This document shows positions 55,422 through 64,000 of a stretch of 64,000 nucleotides of DNA, piece by piece (the first letter of the stretch is position 1; every line of letters begins with the position of its first letter). The stretch comes from Kondoa subrosea (lineage: Eukaryota): the NCBI GenBank assembly GCA_039545335.1, contig BCIN01000001.1, positions 372,001 to 436,000 of the forward strand, read 5' to 3'. The notes beneath the pieces are model-generated. The model had not been told where the DNA came from, searched no databases, and saw only the letters and a list, made by a program, of their open reading frames with translations. Both the position numbers and the translations under genes were made by a program.

Positions 55422-58400
55422 ATGCATTGTGAGTCAGACGCGGTGCGGCAATGACAGAAGAAGAGCTGATATCCATGCAACTTACGAAAAGTATACAATC
55501 TCTCCCTGCTGCCTCCTACTTCTATCACAGGTCAGTCATAACCTTCCTGTGTGCCGGTACGATGTACTGATTCATTCGAATGCAGCTGCTATTGTTGGCA
55601 ATTTCTCACCTTTAACAAGAGAACAGCAAATCCTAGTATGCAGAGGTGGAACTCGTTTGGAATTGTTACAAGTCGATCGAAACACTGGAAAACTTTCTTC
55701 CCTTCTCACTCATGAAGTATTTGGTACCGTTCGATCTTTGGCTCCATTCAGGTTAACAGGAGGAACCAAAGACTATGTGATTCTTGGTTCAGATAGTGGA
55801 AGAGTTGTGGTTTTAGAATATGATCCTTCTACAAACACTTTGGTTAAATTGCAACAGGAAACTTATGGGAAATCTGGAAGTAGGAGAACAGTTCCAGGTC
55901 AATATTTAGCTGTGGATCCTAAAGGAAGAAGTATCATGCTTGGCGCTATGGACAAAGCGAAACTGTGCGTCCTAATTTATTATTCATCAGTTCTGGTGTT
56001 CAATATCGGAGATGTACAGAGTCTATATCCTTAATCGAGACGCAGCAGCAAATCTTACTATCTCATCACCTCTCGAAGCGCATAAAGCCAACGCAGTCAT
56101 TCATCATATAGTTGGTTTGGATGTAGGCTTTGAGAACCCTTTGTTCGCGGCATTGGAAGTAGATTACGCCGAAGCGGATCAAGATCCAACTGGCGAAGCT
56201 TTCGAGGCTACTGAGAAGGCATGTCCTTTCAGTCTATATGCTGGTTGCCAGCTTATAGTTGTTTGTGAAATGCAGATGCTTACTTACTACGAATTGGATC
56301 TCGGCTTGAATCATGTTGTCCGAAAATGGAGCGAACCAACAGATGCGAGAGCGAATCATCTGGTAGCCTGTTCGTGTCCTCCTTCCGGTAATCACTTTAT
56401 GAGCTTACTGTTTTGGAATGAAACGAACAGTACCTGGAGGTGTTTCAGCAACTTCAGAAGCTCACGATGGACCATCAGGTGTTCTAGTCTGCACGGAAAA
56501 CTATGTCATTTACAAACATCAAGGCGTCAAAGAACACCGTGTACCGATACCGAGGAGATCTAGTCCTTATTCAGATCCAGAAAGAGGAATCATCATTACT
56601 GCTTCAGTGATGCATCGCTTGAAGGTGCGCATGATCACCTGCTGTAGCCTGATACAGGCTCACGCATTGTACCATGGCACAGGGCGACTTCTTTGTGCTT
56701 CTTCAGTCGGAAGAAGGCGATCTGTTCAAAGTTACTATTGATCGAGCAAACGAAGATGTAGAAGCTATCAAGATTAAATACTTTGATACCGTTCCTGTTG
56801 CTTCGTCTTTATGTATCCTCAAGACTGGTTTCTTGTTTGTTGCAGCCGAAAATGGAAATCAGTGCGTGTATTGCAACTATTAGACGAAAGTCGTCTGATC
56901 GTTCGCCTTACATGCACAGTCAATTATATCAATTCGATAAACTAGGAGAAGATGGCGATGAAGTGTCTTCTACTTCTTATCCTGAAAATGGCGCAACAGC
57001 TCTTGATCTTCCGCCTTCCTTCTTCACCGCTCGACCATTAGAGAATTTGATGCTGGTAGACGAATCCGACTCACTCGCACCTATCATCGATGCGAAAGTA
57101 GCTAACGTTATGCAATCCGATTCACCTCAAATCTTTACCGCTTGTGGATCTCGATCGAAATCCACTTTGAAGATGATGCAACACGGTTTAGAAGTTGAAG
57201 AACTCGTCAGCGCTCCTTTACCTTTTGAACCTAACGGAGTTTGGGCAACGAAACTGACTGCTGGAGATGAATTCGACGCTTACATTGTTTTATCCGCTCC
57301 TACTTCGACTTATGTTTTATCTATTGGTGAATCAATTGATCAAGTTACCGATTCTGGTTTAGTAGAGAATGCAAGAACTCTAGGTGTGCAACAAATGGGA
57401 GAAGATTCTTTTGTTCAAGTTCACACTTCTGGATTCTTAAGAGTGAGAAGTGGTGGCAAGAAAGAACCTTGGCCTGAAGCCAACAGCAGAGTCAATGTTG
57501 CTGCTTGCGCTATGAATCAAAGACAAATCGTTTTGGCTACTAATTATGGTGAACTCATTTACTTTGAAGTTGATAATGAAGGAGAATTGAATGAGTATAT
57601 GGAACGCAAGAGTTTGGGTGTGGCGGTTACTACTTTGAGTATTGCGGATGTGCCTGAGGGCAGACAAAGGACACCTTATTTGGTCAGTATGAGGTTCGGG
57701 TCAAGCATTTGATAGCTTATACTGCAATCTCTTCGGACAGGCTGTTGGCTGTGAAGATCAAACCGTACGTATCGTCTCGCTCAATCCGGACAACTGCATG
57801 GACACCATCTCTATTCAAGCCTTGACTGCTGTACCTTCTTCTATTTGCGTCGCGGAAATTCTGGATCAAGGTATTGATAAGCTTCGACCTACACTTTTCG
57901 TCAATATCGGTTTGGTCAATGGTGTTCTGCTTCGAACCGTCTTGGATGCTACTACCGGTCAACTGACAGATACTCGTACTCGGTGAGTGTTTTCAAAGGA
58001 GTCCTGAGAGTTATTCTCATGCGCATTTGACTACATCTCACAGATTCTTAGGTGCCCGAGCTGTTTCTCTTCGCCGCGCTGTCGTTCAAGGCCAACCTTC
58101 TATTCTCGCTCTATCAAGTCGAACATGGCTCACCTATGTACATCAAGGTTTGCTTCAATTCGACCCGCTCATCTTCGACGCGCTCGACTACTCTTGCGGA
58201 CTTCAAGCGGCAGTCTGTCCTGAAGGTGTCGTGGGTGTTACTGGAGATACTCTCAGGTGTGTCATAGTTACCTGTTGTTGCTCAATCCTTCTTGTTCGAG
58301 ATGTGAAACGGGATTCGGAATAGAGAGCTTCAAAGAAAGCTACTCTTGTCGACACCTCCTTTAAACTTATACCAATTGATCCTACTGAAATTTCTCAATA

Positions 58401-60140
58401 CCTCTCATGCTTTGCTTGTTCGAAGAGTAGAAGCTGATCACCAACGAATTGACAGGATCTTTACCTTACCCAAACTTGGCAGCAAAGTCAAGACTGTCTC
58501 TGTTCCTCTTTCCTATACTCCTCGCAAAATGCTCTTCCATCCTTCCCAGCAAGTTATGTACACCATCGAATCAGATCATCGCACTTTCTCGCCGGCAGAA
58601 CAGCAGTCGAAACTTGGAGCAGCTGTACGTATATATTATCATCAGGAGCTTTCCCCTAATGTGAAACGTATTGTACAGGCTGATCAGACGGGTGGCGATC
58701 TACCAGTTGAGCAGTTTGGTCTGCCTCGGGCTCCAGCTGGTCAATGGGCTTCCTGCATTCGTGTCCTTTTGCCAACACTGCCCGAAGAGGGCCATACACT
58801 GCTCAAGCTTGACCTCGATAACAACGAAGCTGCTTTCTCGATGGCTTTGGTTGCTTTTGGTGCAAGAGAAGGAGCATTGCATTTAGTGGTTGGAACAGCA
58901 AAAGATACTTCACTATCGCCTCGAGCCTGCTCTTCTGGCTACTTGAGAACGTATCTAGTAACCGAAGATGGCAGGAATCTTGAGTTCTTGCATAGCGTTA
59001 GTCGTCCATCTCTATCGAGCGATTTCCGTCGCTGACAGTAGTGGTCGGTTGGTAGACGGAGACAGACGAAGTGCCAGCAGCTCTAATGGCTTTCCAAGGT
59101 CGACTTGTGGCAGGCGTTGGTAGAGCGTTGCGGATATTCGACATCGGAAAGAAGAAGCTTCTACGAAAAACAGAAAACAAGGTGAGACAAATGGTCAGAG
59201 CGTGTCAATGTACATCCACTGACTGTCAAATCCATAGTCCTTCCCTGTGGCCATTACCACTCTGAATACTCAAGGGTCTCGAATCATCGTTGGCGATATG
59301 CAAGATTCAGTATTCTTCGCAGTTTACAAGCCACCGGAGAATCGTCTTCTCGTCTTTGCCGATGATACTCAACCGCGATGGATGACTTGCACAACGATGC
59401 TGGATTACAACACTATCGCAGGAGGAGACAAATTTGGCAACTTCTTTGTCAATCGATTATCACAGCAAGTTACTGATATGGTTGACGCTGATCCGACTGG
59501 AGCCACTATTCTCCACGAGAAGGGCTTCCTTATGGGCGCGCCGAATAAGACTGAAATGCTAACCCATTATAACGTAAGCAGTATTTGATACTCTGCTATG
59601 CATGCTGACCTGCCTTTAGGTTGGCGATATCCTCACATCACTGCAGAAGGTCTCGCTGGTAGCAGGAGGTCGTGAAATTCTGCTATACAGTGGTTTCAGC
59701 GGAACAGTCGGCATCATGATTCCTTTCGTTTCGCGAGAGGACGTCGACTTCTTCCAGGTTCGCAGTGCTCTATCTTGCTCAGAAAACTGATCCTAAATCG
59801 TCGTTTTCGACAGACTCTTGAAATGCATATGCGAGCAGAAGCAAAGTCGATTGTCGGACGAGATCATCTTGCATACCGAGGCTGTGAGCACGGTGATCTA
59901 CTAATCTATTCACGCTGATGTCCATTTGCCAGACTACGCACCAGTCAAAGGTGTAGTGGATGGCAACTTGTGCGAAGAGTTTTCGCATTTGCCAGCGCAG
60001 AAACAAGCTCAGGTATGTCTCTTGCTCCTGTTGCAAGAGCGTCGATTCATGTGATCATGCAGATCGCTGGCGAACTAGATCGTACAGTGCAAGAAGTGTC
60101 AAAGAAACTGTCGCAGATCCGCGAAATTACAGCATTCTGA
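55422..60140 (+). CDS. RSE1: Pre-mRNA splicing factor RSE1/SF3B3 (SAP130)
   Basis: [98 protein letters not shown]. Confidence 0.96.
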
Positions 60141-60354
60141 TCGTGATCAAATTGTATGGGCTTGGATGTACGAAACGAAAAAATGTATTATACGATAGCA
60201 TTGACGGTCTGGCTTGTGACACAGAGTCATCCAAGTAGAAAACTGAAAGGACAGGCTATAACTTCTTGCTAACGCAAAGTTCTCGTCTTTAGATTTCGTT
60301 GTGCATGCATTCCTACTCCATCTACTGAGTGTAGTCCAAAGTTGCTCCTCGCAA

Positions 60355-61769
60355 TTACAAATCGGCACTACAAGAGTATTAGATAGAAGGCAAAATAGAG
60401 TTTCAAATTCTTACTCGTCTTCGTCTGGCAGAGCCATCTGCGCAGCGGAATCCCTGTGAGGTTGAAATGTGGAATCAGCAGGCACACCGCAGATTCAGTC
60501 CTAAACCTACAATTCTTTCTGATATTGAGCCATAGTAGCGGCGTCGACAGTCAATTCAGGAGGTGCCAAAGCTGTGCTCGGCAATATTAGCATACTTGAG
60601 GTGTCTGTTGACAAGCAAACTCGCCTGGTCTGTTCATTCGCAACAATGTTCAGTATCAAGAATACTAGAAAACAAGACGCGGAACGTACGAAGCAACAAA
60701 TTCCAAAGAAGCTGAACCAGTCAACTTGCGCGCCAACCAAAGGAAAGGCTTTTCGAAATTGTAGTTTGATTTGGCCGAGATTTCAAAGTATTGCAAGTTC
60801 TTCTTTCGGTGGAAGGTTATTTGGCCGACCTGTATGCGCGCGCCCTCTATAAGATGAATAACAATAACAAGCGCTGTGCATACCTTGACTTTACGTTCCT
60901 GTATGCAAAACAGATCATGAGCTGCGCTGAAGGGGTTCCCTCATCGTTCACCATACCTTAACATCAACCTTGTTACCGCAAAGAACGATTGGGATGTTTT
61001 CGCAAACACGTTCCAGATCACGGTGCCAGTTGGGAACAGAGCGGTAAGTGATTTTGGCAGTAACATCAAACATGATGATACCGCATTGACCTTGAATGTA
61101 GTACCCATCTCGCAGACCTCCCTGTGAGGCAACCAGCCAGGCTAAGAGATAACCTCTGGACTGCGAAAATGCCACTCACGAATTTCTCTTGTCCTGCGGT
61201 ATCCCAAACATTGAATCGAATGGTACCAAAGTTGGTGAAGAAATCAAGAGGGTGGACTTCGACACCAAGTGTGGCTATTACCGTGCATCAGGTAAAGCTG
61301 CACAAGCAATTGAACCGAGACCGACCAATATACTTCTTTTCGAATTCACCGCTGTGAGTTAAGAAGATATCACAAAATCTCTTCAAGGAGATTCTACAAT
61401 CCATTAACTCACGTCAAATGACGCTTGACGAAGGCTGCATAGGTATGAGCGGTTGTATGAGACGTGTACCTCTGGCTTACTTGTTTTTCCTGTTGATGTG
61501 CCATTCCATCAGCTTGCGCGACAGACTCGTTATAATCAATGCATACCAGTACCACCATCTCCGACTAGAGCATTCAAGGTCAGATTCGCCTATATTTGCA
61601 GCGCAAAAAGCCTACCTAGGACCACTGTTTGAAGAGTTTCCATGTCAGCTGATCAGATCACGCCTGTAGCATGCGGACTTGCATTTGAATGTAGGGACTA
61701 AATGTGACTCTATTGAGTGCTGTATGTAACGCATCCAGCTGTGGACTGACCAGCAGCAGCTTCTGTCAT
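60355..61769 (-). CDS. GSP1: Ran GTPase
   Basis: [73 protein letters not shown], acidic tail LPDEDDADL. Confidence 0.96.
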
Positions 61770-62320
61770 TTTGTATTTCGTAAAAAAGGTGAAAGAGAAG
61801 CTGAGAAAAAGCTCTTTCAGTCTGCTGTATAGTGTTGTTGCAAGCAGGCCGTACGTCTAAGGTCGTGAAAGAGCAAGTGCACCTCGTCGTTAAATCCAAC
61901 ACTTTCAATTTCGAGCCTGACTCTTGTTTCGCCACGCTGCTGCTTCTTAAGGCTACACGATCGAGCGCTGATCTGCTCACGGCGCATGCTACGCCTCTGT
62001 GCCTATCCAGGATCCCGAATGTTACAGATTCAGACGATTCCCTCTTGTTTGGCTTTGTCTCCTTCGAAGCTAAATTCTTGATCTCTAACGACGAGCTGCT
62101 GTCTGCTCTGCTCAGTCGGAGAAGTCTTCACTTTCATTCTGTCTTCTATTCCGCGATTTAGCCTCGTCTCAGCACTGGTTGCGCTGCTGACGCGCTAAGC
62201 TGTTCTGAGCCTCAGACTGCAGGCCAAGCTATTGTCTCGCAAGCTCATCCTTCGAGAGTCTAGCTCTTGATAATGCAACACTGCTCTTCTTTCATCTTTC
62301 GACGCCTTTGCACTTCCAGA

Positions 62321-64000
62321 ATGAGCCGAACTGCCGAACTTCCTTATCCCGCTTCCAAGACTATTATCCTATGCCTCGACGGCACCTCGAACGAGTTCTC
62401 TACTAAGAACACCAATGTCATCAAGATCTTTGATTGTTTAATCAAGGATGATCCAAGACAAAGGGTGCGCTTATGTCTTTGCTTGCTTGCCGTTGGCTTA
62501 TCTCTTGGACTGACCACAGGTCTTTTACAACCGTGGAATAGGAAGTGAGTCCACCCTATCGAGGATACAACTCGAATTAACGAGATATGAATTTTCCAGC
62601 TTACACCTCGCCTAATTTCTTCACGCCTGTTACTCGAAGGATCGCCAAGCTATTCGATCTTGCCTTTGCCTGGTATCTCAGCGTAACTTCAGTTCATACT
62701 TTTGGTGCAGCATGTCCTGAATAGAATGGTTTAGGCACACGTTCAAGCGGCATATACTTTTTTGTAAATCCATGTCAAGCGCAATTCGTCTGTATCTGAC
62801 TTTGTTTACGTCGTGTTCAAGAGTCAACAACTATGAGAATCCAGAAGATCGAATCATTCTTATTGGCTTCTCACGGTATGCCCTTCCATACTCCCTCGAG
62901 CCGAATTTGGCGCTAATTCCTATCACCTCAGCGGCGCCTATACTGCTCGAGCGTTGGCTGGCATGTAGGTCTATCATTGCCTCATCAGATCGAAGCTTAT
63001 CATTCCAAACGCAGGGTGAATAAAGTGGGACTCATTCCGCCTGAGAATGCAGATCTCGTTACCTATGCTTGGCAGCTGGTACATGCTCTTACACTATGAA
63101 TGATAAAAAGACTGATATTAGAGGCAGTACCAATCAAACAATGACACTCTAGCAGCAGGTAATGCGGCGTTAATTTGTCCTTTTGCATTGCTTACAGCGT
63201 TTCTCAGACTTCAAAGCTGTTTCTTCGCGATCTGCCGTGATAAATCAAGTACTTGTCTTCGATACCGTCAATGCAGTGGGCGTCATCAGTATCAAGCACT
63301 TGCCCTTCACCGGTAGCAACCGTTTGTTCTCTCATGGTCCTGTCTCTTCTCCTTTGCTCACTATGAGTTGTAGACGCCATCAAGTATTTCCGTCATGCTA
63401 TATCTTTGGGAGAACGACGAGTCCGATACGCTCAGAATCCGTGGCAGACTGATCCAGCTGGACCTGAAAGAAACACACCAGATGTACCAAGTTCAAGATT
63501 GAACGATTTATTGAAGATGCAAGGTCGACCACCAGTTGACGTTCCGCATATCGATTTGCAGACCGATGTCAAAGAACTGTACTTCTTGTATGCCTTCTTT
63601 TTGAATCTTGTTCCTCCTTTAGCTGACGCTAGTCGCACAGAGGAGATCATTCAGATGTCGGCGGCAGTCATGAATTCGATACGGCCAAATATGATTTGAG
63701 TTCGATTCCGTTACGCTGGTTGATAGAAGAGATGATCAAGAACGCTCCACCTGATACTCTCCTACTCGATCCGATTACTTGTGAAAGTTATGGCATCCCT
63801 TATACAGACAGTAATGAATTGAAAAATCGAACGGAAGAAGGGAATTGGTTTGCTGAACAAGCCACCAAGGCTCCTTTACACGATGCGTTGACCGCTAAAG
63901 GTTTTCGAAAGTACTTGTGGTGGATCTTGGAGATTTGGCCGATGAAGAGGCAATATCAGCTTGCCAAAGTGTGTTTCCCTCTGTCACACAATCATACCTT
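62321..64000 (+). CDS. DUF2235 (Tle1-like alpha/beta hydrolase) protein, 3'-truncated by window edge
   Basis: IILCLDGTSNEF..NTNVIKI, IGFSRGAYTARALAG, VFDTVNAVG, GDHSDVGG (Ser-Asp-His triad motifs present). Confidence 0.85.

Noticed and set aside
63695..63715. tRNA T-loop-like GTTCGATTCC
   Set aside because: It lies inside the DUF2235 coding frame with no cloverleaf around it.

Overview
Compact, intron-rich fungal genomic DNA. Introns are mostly about 45-60 nt, GT-AG, with CTRAY-type branch sites, and micro-exons are common; this architecture and the protein sequences suggest a basidiomycete yeast-like fungus (taxon is inference). About 24 protein-coding genes can be reconstructed by hand: ES2/DGCR14, a MYND-finger protein, RPA43, BUD23, an ECL1-family protein, phospholipase D, a Ctk2/cyclin-K-like cyclin, an HMG-box factor, KIN1/MARK kinase, a DCR2-like metallophosphoesterase, RPB6, beta-tubulin, a CAP64/CAS-like SGNH protein, myosin regulatory light chain, TAF1, PRM10/ThrE, PP4 catalytic subunit, RSE1/SF3B3, Ran, a DUF2235 hydrolase and several hypothetical proteins. 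The outstanding structure is a ~0.9-kb inverted duplication (36568-37494 vs 40702-41613) of the 3' end of beta-tubulin, enclosing a 3.2-kb segment that carries RPB6 and the 5' part of the tubulin gene. The orphan copy keeps every splice site and differs by 10 synonymous and only 1 non-synonymous codon (hand count). This fits a flip-flop invertible cassette with two interchangeable tubulin 3' ends, a new chimeric mini-gene, or a haplotype/assembly effect. Exon boundaries were read by eye, so coordinates may be off by a few bases. No tRNA, rRNA, CRISPR array or transposase was recognised.
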